Source of the DNA: an uncultured bacterium
GTDB lineage: Bacteria > Patescibacteriota > Saccharimonadia > Saccharimonadales > 2-12-FULL-41-12
Assembly (NCBI GenBank): GCA_963834265.1
Contig: CAWIAU010000001.1
Span: 652,346 to 716,345, forward strand
Direction of reading: 5' to 3'
DNA length: 64,000 nt
This document shows, piece by piece, positions 18,043 to 27,794 of the stretch (its first letter is position 1; each line of letters begins with the position of its first letter). The position numbers and the translations under genes were made by a program. The notes under the pieces are model-generated. The model made no database searches. It was given only the letters and a program-made list of their open reading frames with translations, and was not told the DNA's origin.

Positions 18043-18423
18043 TCAATCGTCTGCACCAGCCACAACAAAAATAGTACCGTCCGGATCTTTAAACCATGCC
18101 AGTTTTTCCTGACCAGCTATATGTATATAGCCTTCACGCGTCACCCCCGGTAAATCATATTGCTCGAAAGTAACACCGTTGCCTTTTAGTTCATCAATTA
18201 CGGCTTGTAAATCATCGACCTGCCAGCCTGCGGTGGTAGCTTTGTTGGTACCGGCGTTTTCGGTTGATTCGTACAAGTGCAGAGTCGTATCCCCGCTCTT
18301 GTAGGTTACGCCACCTTCATCACTCCTTATTTTTTTTAATCCTAATTTTTTACCGTAGAATTGTTCCGCTGCGTTAATATCTCTTACCGCAACAATTGCA
18401 CCTACATTATAGTCACCCAACAT
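18043..18423 (-). CDS. VOC (glyoxalase/bleomycin-resistance) family protein
   Basis: 126 aa; FYGKKLGL...beta-alpha-beta pattern and C-terminal FKDPDGTIF typical of VOC proteins. Confidence 0.7.
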   Translation of the reverse strand: MLGDYNVGAIVAVRDINAAEQFYGKKLGLKKIRSDEGGVTYKSGDTTLHLYESTENAGTNKATTAGWQVDDLQAVIDELKGNGVTFEQYDLPGVTREGYIHIAGQEKLAWFKDPDGTIFVVAGADD

Positions 18424-18599
18424 ATCTTACCTCCTTTTTAGTAACGAACAGCAATTTTTGTAAACTGTTTATGTTGCGTCCTTAATTATACTACTCAGTA
18501 TAGGTTATAATTCAATGATATGGTTCTGACCTCAGCAATAATTTTGTACCAAAGTTTAGATATTTACTTTTTTATATAAATATGCTATTATAGCATAAT

Positions 18600-19976
18600 A
18601 TGAACAGCTTCGAGTCTACTGGTCCGGCTGAAAATTACGCATATATCGGTGAGGTGACGATATCAACCTCTGTTGAAATAAGTGAAAAGGTCGCTCAGGC
18701 ACAATTAGCTAAGCAGGAGTGGAAAGAGCTGGGTGTCCGGGGCCGTATTTCCCTGCTCCGCCCGGTGACTGAAGAGTTTCGCGAAAGCGCCCACGACCTG
18801 GCTTATCTTATATCAACGGAAGTAGGTAAACCACTTGTTGAAGCATATGAAGAAGTGCTGGGATATACCGAACAAATTGAAGAGTTTTTTGGGCAAGGAG
18901 AGGTAGCACTCGAAGATAATACTACAAGTCTGGAGAACCAACCATTTAACCACCGTATCGTATATGAACCTCGCGGCGCTACTGCTGTTATCGCACCATG
19001 GAACTTTCCATACGGTATGGCGATGTGGGGGATTATGCCCAATCTGATTGCAGGCAACACCGTAGTATTCAAAACATCTGAAGAATGTCCCCTATCAGGT
19101 AAGTTTATTGAAGAAGTATTCGCCCGACATAATTTGCCTGACGGTGTTTTCGGCGAAGTTTACGGGAATGGCGACGTCGGGCAGCAATTGGTCGAAGAAA
19201 ACGTAGATTTCGTATGGTTTACCGGTAGTAGCAGAACCGGTCGGAAAATCAACGAAACAGCTGCCGGCAAATTTATACCAACGCACCTGGAGATGGGCGG
19301 TTCAAATCCATGCGTGGTGTTTGAAGATGCAGATATTGAGACAACTGCTCAGCGTATTCTTAATGAGCGTTTCTATAATGGCGGACAGGTTTGTAACTCA
19401 ATTAAGCGTGTTATCGTCGAACAATCGATCCAAAAAATTTTGACTGAACGGCTGGCGGTCGGTGTAAAAGCTCTGCGTATTGGTCATCCGCTTGAGCCGG
19501 ATGCTCAGCTTGGAAGTCTGGCTGCCAGACGGCAGACGGAACTCCTGAGAAATCAGGTAAACAGTTCCCTCGGGTCCGGAGCCCGAGTGGTTAGCGGAGT
19601 TAAGGTTCCGGCTGATCTTAAGGGTGCATATCATCCGGCGGTACTTCTGGACAATATTACATCTGACATGCGGGTCTGGCAGGAAGAAGTTTTCGGACCT
19701 GTTTTGCCCGTTATGAGCTTCCGCAGTGAAGCTCAGGCCGTGGAACTCGCTAATAACACCGCCTACGGCCTTGGTGCGCTGATTGTTTCATCCGATATTG
19801 AGCGAGCTGAAAGGGTAGCCGGTAAACTCGATACAGGCGCCGTAAATATTAATGGCGGCAATCATTTTGATAATATCTGGAATCCGATTGGTGGTAATAA
19901 GCATTCAGGGAACAGCCGCCAGCACGGCACCGAAGGTATGCGGGCATTATGCAACATGAAAGTTATTGCCCGTTAA
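18600..19976 (+). CDS. NAD(P)-dependent aldehyde dehydrogenase family protein
   Basis: WNFP, FTGSSRTG, ELGGS-like LEMGGSNP, catalytic GQVCNS and EEVFGPV motifs. Confidence 0.85.
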   Translation: MNSFESTGPAENYAYIGEVTISTSVEISEKVAQAQLAKQEWKELGVRGRISLLRPVTEEFRESAHDLAYLISTEVGKPLVEAYEEVLGYTEQIEEFFGQGEVALEDNTTSLENQPFNHRIVYEPRGATAVIAPWNFPYGMAMWGIMPNLIAGNTVVFKTSEECPLSGKFIEEVFARHNLPDGVFGEVYGNGDVGQQLVEENVDFVWFTGSSRTGRKINETAAGKFIPTHLEMGGSNPCVVFEDADIETTAQRILNERFYNGGQVCNSIKRVIVEQSIQKILTERLAVGVKALRIGHPLEPDAQLGSLAARRQTELLRNQVNSSLGSGARVVSGVKVPADLKGAYHPAVLLDNITSDMRVWQEEVFGPVLPVMSFRSEAQAVELANNTAYGLGALIVSSDIERAERVAGKLDTGAVNINGGNHFDNIWNPIGGNKHSGNSRQHGTEGMRALCNMKVIAR

Positions 19977-20078
19977 GTTCAAATCTCATGTCATTCTGCT
20001 ATAAGGATGATGATAACAAGAGGATAAATTTAATCTGCCAACATATTATTACCCCGTTCTTTTTGTTATAATTCAGAA

Positions 20079-20246
20079 ATGAAATGTCCTGCCTGCAAAC
20101 TAGAGATGAAGAAGGTACGCTGGGAAGTATCGAATAATTTCAAAATTGCCGGATTTTATCGCGAATATGATAAAACAACCTATGAGTGCAAAGACGACGA
20201 CGCATGGGTCACTATTGAAATTCCTATAGCTACAAAAAATGCCTGA
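20079..20246 (+). CDS. small CxxC protein (55 aa)
   Basis: My translation: MKCPACKLEMKKVRWEVSNNFKIAGFYREYDKTTYECKDDDAWVTIEIPIATKNA*. Its stop overlaps the def start (ATGCCTGA). Below the track cutoff. Confidence 0.35.
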   Translation: MKCPACKLEMKKVRWEVSNNFKIAGFYREYDKTTYECKDDDAWVTIEIPIATKNA

Positions 20247-20775
20247 GTTAACTATCGTCCGGTTGGGCCATCCTGCCCTTAGAACCGAATCAAAACCAGT
20301 AACTAAAAAAGAGTTAAAAACAAACAAGTTTCAGAAATTTTTGGATGGCCTGGCTCAAATTTGTGATAAAAATGATGGTGCCGGAATAGCTGCGCCGCAA
20401 ACAGGAGTTAATAAACGGGTGATTGTAGTGCATATAGATCCGGCTAACCCACGTTACCCGGGCAAGAAACCATTTCCCTTAACTATCGTAATCAACCCAA
20501 AGATTACGAAACTATCGGGTGATACAAAAGAGGATTGGGAAGGAGATCTGTCCTGCTCCTTGCGAGCAATGATTCCAAGGCGCACACACTGTATAGTTAC
20601 AGGTTTAGACCGAAATGGTATAGCAGTATCATTTGATCTGAAAGATCATTTTCATGCAAGAGTCTTTCAACACGAAATAGATCACCTGAACGGTATATTT
20701 CTATTAGACAGAGTTAAGCGTAAAGAAACAATCTGCGAACCAGCCGAATACGAGAAATACTGGAAAAAAAATTAA
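20239..20775 (+). CDS. def: peptide deformylase
   Basis: GAGIAAPQ, EGDLSC (EGCLS-like) and HEIDHLNG motifs. Confidence 0.9.
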   Translation: MPELTIVRLGHPALRTESKPVTKKELKTNKFQKFLDGLAQICDKNDGAGIAAPQTGVNKRVIVVHIDPANPRYPGKKPFPLTIVINPKITKLSGDTKEDWEGDLSCSLRAMIPRRTHCIVTGLDRNGIAVSFDLKDHFHARVFQHEIDHLNGIFLLDRVKRKETICEPAEYEKYWKKN

Positions 20776-21435
20776 CTATCGGATTATACGGGCTGGTCGT
20801 TTGATCTTATGAACGGTCGCAGGCGCAGGGGGAGCAATTATTTTTTTCAGTTTATCTTCTATCAGGTCGGCTTTATCTTCTTGTCCCCTGCCACGATATC
20901 CGTTCATCAGCAGCTTGTAGCTTTCACGGCCGGGCTCTATTTCAGCAGCTTTTTCGAGATGATCAATCATTAATTTATCATTGCCGACATGTTCCAGTGC
21001 TTTAGCGAGGGCTATGTGACGCGCAGCCATAGTATCCTCCAGCTTCAGCGCTTCTTCAAACGCTGTAACAGCTTTTTCATAATTCTCTGTTTCATAGTAA
21101 ATAAGTCCGAGATTATGCAAACTTGAGGCGCTGGGCTCGATACTGCAGGCAATTTCGAAACAGTCTATAGCATCCTTGTATTCTTTTTGCCTGGCATACA
21201 GAATACCGAGGCGATTATATGCTGCAGCATTCTTCTGATCGATTTTGAGTATTGTCAGGAGAGCTTTTTCTGCCCGTAGTAAACGATTTTCCCGCATACC
21301 CTGATGCACAATGTCCCACAATTTACCTACTCGTTCAGTAATCTTACCTGGGATATCCTCTGTATCTTCCACATGTTTCGCAAACGCTCGCAGTACAAAT
21401 GCACCGAAACCGCCAATCAACAGAAGTTCATACAT
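20776..21435 (-). CDS. TPR-repeat protein with N-terminal membrane anchor
   Basis: N-terminal hydrophobic helix, then AAYNRLGILYARQKEYKDAIDCFE-type TPR units. Confidence 0.7.
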   Translation of the reverse strand: MYELLLIGGFGAFVLRAFAKHVEDTEDIPGKITERVGKLWDIVHQGMRENRLLRAEKALLTILKIDQKNAAAYNRLGILYARQKEYKDAIDCFEIACSIEPSASSLHNLGLIYYETENYEKAVTAFEEALKLEDTMAARHIALAKALEHVGNDKLMIDHLEKAAEIEPGRESYKLLMNGYRGRGQEDKADLIEDKLKKIIAPPAPATVHKIKRPARIIR

Positions 21436-21467
21436 AAGCTACAATTATACCAGTGTTAGTGCCGTCT

Positions 21468-22334
21468 TTACAGCGAATAAAACAGCCATGTTAATACTAA
21501 TTTCGGCTGAGCTCTGTTTTCTAATAATTTTTGCGCCTTTATTATGTGTCCGATTTGTTGATTCAGCTTTATAATGTCCGAATGTTTTTTTGTACTCTGT
21601 TTTATAGCTACAGTCATGGCAGCATGCAGTAACTTATATAAAGCATCGAGTAACCCTGGAATATCCTGGTGTTTATCCTTTACGATAATTTCTATGCTGA
21701 TTAAGCGTTCATAACTGGCAGCCTGAAGGACTGATTTTGCCTGTGTGATGACCTTGAACATCGGATGTTCATCATTTTCTTCCAGCAGAGCCATCATCAG
21801 TCCAACATTTCCATCACTGATATAATAAGCTCGTTTCAGTTGCGGCCCCGAAAACACAGACAGTTCGGTTTCTGCTATTTCATATGAGATTGGCAATACA
21901 TCAATCCACTGTAAACGTGATGAAACTGTAGGTATGACTCGCTGCTTATTTGATATCGTACATATAAGCACAGTATCAGTTGGTGGTTCTTCCAGGGTTT
22001 TTAGCAGAGCGTTCTGTGCTTCAAGCCGGAGCTTGTCAGGATTTCGGATTAGCACACAGCGACGAATATTTCCGTTTCCCGGAACTTTCAAATTGAGAAA
22101 TGCCCGCATTTCACGAACTTTTTCTATACCGTCATCGGCTTCGGCGTCTATTATCATAACATGAACGGATCTTTCGGCCCGCTCAATTGTAATACCAAGC
22201 ATTTGCGAAATTATGTACAAGCTCAGATAGTCTTTACCGGCTCCCGGCGCGCCAGCTAATGCTACGGCATGGACAGGTCCGGACAGAAAGTTGGTAACTT
22301 GTTGCGCTGTACGCGGGTGTAGTAACAGATTCAT
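21468..22334 (-). CDS. holB: DNA polymerase III delta-prime subunit-like AAA+ protein
   Basis: HAVALAGAPGAGKD Walker A-like motif, LLKTLEEPP box, SRLQ sensor motif. Confidence 0.7.
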   Translation of the reverse strand: MNLLLHPRTAQQVTNFLSGPVHAVALAGAPGAGKDYLSLYIISQMLGITIERAERSVHVMIIDAEADDGIEKVREMRAFLNLKVPGNGNIRRCVLIRNPDKLRLEAQNALLKTLEEPPTDTVLICTISNKQRVIPTVSSRLQWIDVLPISYEIAETELSVFSGPQLKRAYYISDGNVGLMMALLEENDEHPMFKVITQAKSVLQAASYERLISIEIIVKDKHQDIPGLLDALYKLLHAAMTVAIKQSTKKHSDIIKLNQQIGHIIKAQKLLENRAQPKLVLTWLFYSL

Positions 22335-23209
22335 TGTTTTCCTGTAATATCAGGTTTCATAAAATCATGAGGCATTTTGGATTCAAAAACTTTGCGTTCA
22401 TTATTCGGCAGCGTTATTCCAAGTGATGCTGCATGCAAATACAATCTGGCAGCAGGTTTGCCTGCATAAAATGTGTCGCCAATGATAGGATATCCCAAAT
22501 GCGCCAGATGTATACGAAGCTGATGTGTACGTCCGGTTGTCGGCTTGAGCTCCAACAAACTATACTCAGAATCAGCTAAAGCAAATGTTTTAAGTATTTT
22601 ATAGTGCGTCATAGCAGTCTTACCATTAATTCCTACACGAAAAAGCCGTGGACTGGCCGGGTTACGTTCAACAGGCATATCGATGATAGCTTCGGCCGGA
22701 TCAATCCAGCCGGAGATTAAGGCGATATATGTTTTCTTAACTTTGCGCGCACTAAACTGCTTTTGTAGCCATGTCAAAGCATCAGGATTTTTGGCACAAA
22801 TCATAACACCACTTGTAGCCCGATCCAATCGATGCACAATACCTGTTCTGTCAGATGTTTCAAATCCCTTCGTTTTCGGCAGAAGCCATGTTGCAACAGT
22901 AGCTTCAGGATTGAATGCGCCTTTACTATGCGACAGCAGTCCTATCGGCTTATCGATTACGGCGCAGTCCTCGTCTTCATAAAGTAACGGTAATTCAATG
23001 ACGGGAATAGGTGGCAAATTTTCCGGATCATAGTCAACTTTTATTTTGTCACCGTCTTTCACTTTGTATCCGGCTTTTGTTTCTGTTTTATTGTTAACGG
23101 TAACTCTGCCTCCGGCAATGAGCTTCTGAATGCTTGCCCGGCTCAAAGCAGAAAAAAGTTCCATCATATGAACATCAAGCCGTATTTTCGTATACTCTGA
23201 ATCCTCCAT
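22331..23209 (-). CDS. RluA-family pseudouridine synthase with S4 domain
   Basis: HRLDRATSGV catalytic motif, N-terminal S4-like RLD...SRASIQKLI, THQLRIHLAHLGYPIIGD. Confidence 0.85.
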   Translation of the reverse strand: MEDSEYTKIRLDVHMMELFSALSRASIQKLIAGGRVTVNNKTETKAGYKVKDGDKIKVDYDPENLPPIPVIELPLLYEDEDCAVIDKPIGLLSHSKGAFNPEATVATWLLPKTKGFETSDRTGIVHRLDRATSGVMICAKNPDALTWLQKQFSARKVKKTYIALISGWIDPAEAIIDMPVERNPASPRLFRVGINGKTAMTHYKILKTFALADSEYSLLELKPTTGRTHQLRIHLAHLGYPIIGDTFYAGKPAARLYLHAASLGITLPNNERKVFESKMPHDFMKPDITGKQ

Positions 23210-23211
23210 TG

Positions 23212-24243
23212 CTAGCGCAGTCCGACGGCTTTTTGAACGCGCAATAGAGTTTGATTAGCTGTAATATTCATAGCCTTTTCACTTGACTCCAGTTTTTTCA
23301 TTAGCTCAACTTCATCAACTTTGCTAAGTTTTGTCTGGAAATCAGTCAAAAAGTCACCGACAGCATCTGCTACTTCTTTCTTTAGAGGGCCGTACTGCTC
23401 AAGCCCGACATATTGTTTGCACACTTCGCCCGGTATACGGCCAGTTAGTAAAGCTAAAATATCAATCAGGTTAGCAATACCCGGCTGCTCCGAATAGTTG
23501 TATGCAATTTTGCCTCGGCTATCGGTCGTAGCCGACATAATTTTCTTTTTAGCAGCTTCCGGCGTATCGCCCAGAAAAAGGACACCTTTTCCGGTTTCGT
23601 CCGACTTGCTCATCTTCTTGGTAGGGTCTCTCAAATCTTTAATCCTAAGCCCCTGATCCTTACCGAAAAACTCATGTTGCCTCTTCACAGGCTCCGGTAA
23701 AATAAATAATTCCTGTTTAAATTTATTATTTAATCGCTCTCCGATGTCCCTGGTGAACTCAATATGCTGACGCTGATCGTCTCCTACGGGGACATATCGC
23801 GCACTGTATAATAGAATATCTGCGGCCATTAATGTAGGATAATCAAACTGTCCCACTCCAATATGATCAACACCTAATCGAATGGATTTATCTTTAAATT
23901 CAGCCATACGGCTAAGCTCACCAAATCCGGTAAAACAATTAAATATCCATGCGAGTTCCGAATGGGCCGGGACATAACTTTGACGATAAAGATGTATATC
24001 GGAGTTTTCCAGCGGCAAACCAACAGCAGCAAATGATACCAACGTACTCAGAATATCTGCCTGTAATGTTGTATGGTCTATTGGTGTTGTAAAGCTATGC
24101 AAATCTGGCACAAATAAGTTAATCTGATATTCATCGGATTTACTTTTTGCAATATCAACAATAGGCAATAAAGCACCAAAATAATTGCCAATATGCAGAT
24201 CATTATTAGCCCTCAGCCCAGTCAAAATTACAGGTTTACTCAT
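23212..24243 (-). CDS. trpS: tryptophan--tRNA ligase
   Basis: HIGNYFG (HIGH-like) and KMSKSD motifs. Start moved to MSKPVILTG at 24243, which gives an 8-nt overlap with the upstream racemase. Confidence 0.9.
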   Translation of the reverse strand: MSKPVILTGLRANNDLHIGNYFGALLPIVDIAKSKSDEYQINLFVPDLHSFTTPIDHTTLQADILSTLVSFAAVGLPLENSDIHLYRQSYVPAHSELAWIFNCFTGFGELSRMAEFKDKSIRLGVDHIGVGQFDYPTLMAADILLYSARYVPVGDDQRQHIEFTRDIGERLNNKFKQELFILPEPVKRQHEFFGKDQGLRIKDLRDPTKKMSKSDETGKGVLFLGDTPEAAKKKIMSATTDSRGKIAYNYSEQPGIANLIDILALLTGRIPGEVCKQYVGLEQYGPLKKEVADAVGDFLTDFQTKLSKVDEVELMKKLESSEKAMNITANQTLLRVQKAVGLR

Positions 24244-24955
24244 TATCGCCTCTATTATAGCGTAGTTTGTACTCATAATAATTTTCAAGTAAAGCCAGGG
24301 CAAGTAACTCAAGAGTATCTATTGTTTGTGACCTACCGGATTTCTGGTAGATCAAAGGCAGCTCTGTGCATCCCAGAATTATGGCTTCAAGGTCATTGTC
24401 TGCGGTAAATTTATCCACCAGTTGGGTAAACTGAAATCTATCTTCACCGCTTAGATTATTATTCAACTGTTTATATATGTATACTTCTATCTCCATTACC
24501 ATTGATTTTGCCGGTCTTACTATCACTGTATTTTTAGCAACCACCTCATCGCAAAGGGCTGAAGCAAGTGTTGTAGGCGTTGCTAATAACCCAACTCTTT
24601 TCATATCTTGCTTCTTAATTATATTTGCAGCCAGGACCGGAATAGAAATGAACGGAATCTGTGTGGCCGCCTGAAGTTCCGGCAATAAAATATGTGCAGT
24701 ATTGCAAGCAATACCGTTCACTACGCAACCAGCGTTTTCAAGTATTTTTGTACGATTTATTAACATTTTAATGGCTTCAGGCATGTTTGTACTATCAGAG
24801 ATAAAATTGGGCACCGGAATATTAAGCAAAACAATTTCAGGGTAGTCTGCATCGACAAGAGCCGGAGTATATTTCTGTGTATTTTCAATTAACATTTCGT
24901 ATAGACGAGCACTCGCTTGCGGACCCATTCCACCAAGTATTCCTATTGCAGACAT
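24236..24955 (-). CDS. aspartate/glutamate racemase family protein
   Basis: GILGGMGPQAS N-terminus plus the two Cys-containing motifs IACNTAH and GCTELP. Confidence 0.8.
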   Translation of the reverse strand: MSAIGILGGMGPQASARLYEMLIENTQKYTPALVDADYPEIVLLNIPVPNFISDSTNMPEAIKMLINRTKILENAGCVVNGIACNTAHILLPELQAATQIPFISIPVLAANIIKKQDMKRVGLLATPTTLASALCDEVVAKNTVIVRPAKSMVMEIEVYIYKQLNNNLSGEDRFQFTQLVDKFTADNDLEAIILGCTELPLIYQKSGRSQTIDTLELLALALLENYYEYKLRYNRGDNE

Positions 24956-24980
24956 TGAAATTCTTCTTTACAAATTAATA

Positions 24981-24999
24981 AACCGCCACGGTGGCGGTT
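24981..24999 (-). terminator. GC-rich hairpin with U-tract only about 30 nt upstream of the racemase-trpS operon start (attenuator candidate)
   Basis: aaccgccac-g-gtggcggtt followed, in minus sense, by UUUAUUAAUUUG. The upstream segment CGUGGCGGU (25046-25054) repeats the 3' arm and can pair with the 5' arm. Confidence 0.5.
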
Positions 25000-25109
25000 A
25001 GATATTTATGATTAGATTAAATATTCAGACAGGCAAAAGCCAGCTACCGCCACGATTAGTGTCGATATGCCAATAATTGTTTGCTTGCATTAAATATTGC
25101 ATAGTACCT

Positions 25110-25138
25110 AAAATACCACGTAATCCTACTCATGTCAA
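25110..25138 (-). promoter_or_regulatory. sigma70-like promoter candidate TTGACA-17-TATTTT
   Basis: Minus-strand TTGACA (25133-25138) and TATTTT (25110-25115) with a 17-nt spacer, about 150 nt upstream of the racemase start. Confidence 0.35.
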
Positions 25139-25426
25139 GCAAATCAAAAATACGAAGTTCATGGCTTTCTTCAGCATTTGCCAAAACGGATTGACGCTCA
25201 ATCAGATTGGCTTGAGTAACTGGGACGAAATCAGTCCTGTTCGTTCATTATATAAATAGAACTGGGCCGACCAGCGGGAGTTTTTCGTTCCACAAGCTAG
25301 TCTGGTACTGAGCGTCAGTAGGCTTTTGGTAACCCCTGCGGCTTTTTTGCATACTTTTCCAGCTGATGGGAAAAGTATGTCGGACCGATCTTTAGAACGG
25401 AATGAAACTGAATTTAAGAAAAAAAA

Positions 25427-25816
25427 TTATCGTTTTGTGAACTGGCGCTGTTTGCGCGCCCCTTTGAGTCCGAATTTCTTGCGTTCGCGTTCGCGTGGGT
25501 CACGTCCAAGTAGTTCTGCGCGGCGAAGGGTGTTCTTAAAGTCAGGGTTCATTTCAACCATAGCTTTGGCAATGCCGAGTCGTATGGCATCGATCTGCCC
25601 GGCAAGGCCACCACCGGAAACTTTGACAGTAATATCAAACTTATTTTCCTGCTCAAGTGCCATAAAAGGACGGCTCAGTTCATGTAGGAGTGACTGACTG
25701 GCACCAAAGTATTCTTTGGCCGGCTTATCATTGATAACGATACTACCTTTGCCCGGAGTTAAACGAACACGTGCAGTAGCACTTTTGCGGCGTCCCAGAG
25801 CATAAAAATACGCCAT
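25427..25816 (-). CDS. rpsI: 30S ribosomal protein S9
   Basis: GRRK...ARVRL...GGG..GQ...PRE(R)ERKK.G...ARK..QF.KR end pattern. Confidence 0.95.
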   Translation of the reverse strand: MAYFYALGRRKSATARVRLTPGKGSIVINDKPAKEYFGASQSLLHELSRPFMALEQENKFDITVKVSGGGLAGQIDAIRLGIAKAMVEMNPDFKNTLRRAELLGRDPRERERKKFGLKGARKQRQFTKR

Positions 25817-25822
25817 AGTTAT

Positions 25823-26263
25823 TTACTCTCTTTCTTTAAACTTAATAGTGATTGGCTGCTGAGCCGCATGATTATGCTCGCTACCTGCATAAACTTTGAG
25901 ACGTGTAAGACGACCATCACGGAGTTTATTGACGGGCAGCATCCCACGCACAGATTTAACGATAACCTGGGTCGGATCTTTCTCTATCTCATGCTTAAGC
26001 GTGGTCTCGCGTAGACCGCCCGGGTATTCGCTGTGTTTGTAATACATTTTGTCTTCCAGCTTATTGCCGGTAACAACCAGCTTTTCGGCATTGATAACTA
26101 CAACGAAATCGCCGCAATCAATGTGATGCGTAAACATCGGCTTGCCTTTGCCTGTCAATAATTGGGCAACTTGGGTACTGATACGTCCAAGCGGTAATTC
26201 ACTGGCGTCAACAACGTACCATTTGCGTTCAACTTCGGATGGTTTTGCTGAATAAGTCTTCAT
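25823..26263 (-). CDS. rplM: 50S ribosomal protein L13
   Basis: RKWYVVDA...LGR...LLTGK.KP.FT.H.D.GD.VVVINA pattern. Confidence 0.95.
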   Translation of the reverse strand: MKTYSAKPSEVERKWYVVDASELPLGRISTQVAQLLTGKGKPMFTHHIDCGDFVVVINAEKLVVTGNKLEDKMYYKHSEYPGGLRETTLKHEIEKDPTQVIVKSVRGMLPVNKLRDGRLTRLKVYAGSEHNHAAQQPITIKFKERE

Positions 26264-26332
26264 CCCGTTAGAACTCCTTTTTTAATGAGTACATTCAGGA
26301 AAAGTGAATCATTTATATCTTTTGCGAAAGTT

Positions 26333-26818
26333 CTAACGGGATTCATCATTTCTTCTCCGTTTTTCTGGCGACCGGCTTAGCGACTGGTTTCTTTTTTGCT
26401 GGCTTTTTAACAGAACAGGCGTCTCTTTTGCAACTGGTTTGACTGCAGGTAATGCCGATAAATCGTCAACAAAACTTACACGAGCCATTTGGGCATTGTC
26501 GCCGCGGCGCATTATGGTGCGCTCAATGCGAAGGTGCCCGCTACTGCGGCCAGCGATTTTCGGTGCGATGTCATCAACTAGCTTATGAGCAGATTCAATA
26601 GTTTGCAGTTTCGCGATTACCTGACGACGGTTATGCAGGTCACCTTTTTTGGCCTTGGTAATCAGCCGTTCAGCATAAGGTACAAGTTCCTTGGCTTTGG
26701 GCAGTGTTGTCTCGATAGATTCGTATTTAATTAACGAATCAGCAAGACCTTTGAGCAAGGCTCGCCGTTGATCGCGTTCACGGCCGAATTTGCGGCCTTT
26801 ATATCCATGGCGATGCAT
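26333..26818 (-). CDS. rplQ: 50S ribosomal protein L17 (basic C-terminal extension)
   Basis: MHRHGYKGRKFGRERDQRRALLKGLA...ETTLPKAKE; 161 aa. Confidence 0.95.
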   Translation of the reverse strand: MHRHGYKGRKFGRERDQRRALLKGLADSLIKYESIETTLPKAKELVPYAERLITKAKKGDLHNRRQVIAKLQTIESAHKLVDDIAPKIAGRSSGHLRIERTIMRRGDNAQMARVSFVDDLSALPAVKPVAKETPVLLKSQQKRNQSLSRSPEKRRRNDESR

Positions 26819-26821
26819 TTA

Positions 26822-27769
26822 TTAAAACTCCATCTCCGCCATTTTTTCTTTGACTTCATCCAGAGCTTTACTGCCAAAACCTTTGAGGTCGCGCAATTCG
26901 GCATCACTCAGTGAGAACAAATCTTTAAGAGTATGAATATCATTATTGATCAATGCATTTGTAGTGCGGGCAGACAGGTTAAGGTCTTCTATGGAAGTCA
27001 TTAGTGCTGGTGAATCGTCATTGCCATCACCAGGCATTCCCCCGTCTCCGCCGGCAGTCAGTGGAGCGCTGGCTTCTACGCGGGTTTGTCCGGCAAGAGC
27101 TGTGTATTGGTTGACCAGGATAGCAGCTGCTTCTTCGAAAGCTTCTTCGGGGGTAATAGATCCATCTGTTTCAACAGTAATTAACAGCTTATCCAGATCG
27201 GTCATCTGACCAACACGGGTATTCTCTACTTTGTAGCGAACACGCACAACAGGACTGAATATTGCATCGATGGCAATCATGTCAGATACAACTTTACGTC
27301 CACTGATTTCTTCGACGGTGCGGTAGCCGCGGCCTTTTTCGACTATTATGTCCATGTTCAGGGTGGCTTTGTCATTATCGAGTGTGGCGATAACATGTCC
27401 TGGATTGACCACTTCGACGTCAGCGTTCAATGTAATGTCTTTGGCCGTAATAATACCTTTGCCTTTTTTGCTCAGTCGTAAGGTTTGCGGCTCATCGCTG
27501 AATACTCTGAAACGTACTCCTTTGAGATTCAGAATAATCTCTACAACATCTTCTTTGACACCTGATATTGTGGCGAATTCGTGGCTGGCACCGTCGATTT
27601 TGAAGCTGACAACAGCTGCTCCGGCGATAGATGACAACAAAACCCGTCGAATACTATTGCCAAGCGTCATTCCATAGCCGCTATGAAGCGGCTCAATGCT
27701 AAAGGTAGCGTTCACAGCATCGTGCTCGTCAATGTGTACTACTCCCGGTGTGTGAATCATTTTAGACAT
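26822..27769 (-). CDS. rpoA: DNA-directed RNA polymerase alpha subunit
   Basis: GYGMTLGNSIRRVLLSSI, and C-terminal domain IEDLNLSARTTNAL...L...S..EL..L.GFG.K.L.E. Confidence 0.95.
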   Translation of the reverse strand: MSKMIHTPGVVHIDEHDAVNATFSIEPLHSGYGMTLGNSIRRVLLSSIAGAAVVSFKIDGASHEFATISGVKEDVVEIILNLKGVRFRVFSDEPQTLRLSKKGKGIITAKDITLNADVEVVNPGHVIATLDNDKATLNMDIIVEKGRGYRTVEEISGRKVVSDMIAIDAIFSPVVRVRYKVENTRVGQMTDLDKLLITVETDGSITPEEAFEEAAAILVNQYTALAGQTRVEASAPLTAGGDGGMPGDGNDDSPALMTSIEDLNLSARTTNALINNDIHTLKDLFSLSDAELRDLKGFGSKALDEVKEKMAEMEF

Positions 27770-27794
27770 TTGTTATAACCTCCTCTTATATTGG

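Noticed and set aside
24956-25138. Calling the racemase-trpS leader a bona fide T-box riboswitch feature.
   Set aside because: The leader is only ~105 nt, Stem I is too short for a canonical specifier/platform architecture, and the T-box 14-mer is matched only partially. It is kept as an attenuator hypothesis, not annotated as a T-box.
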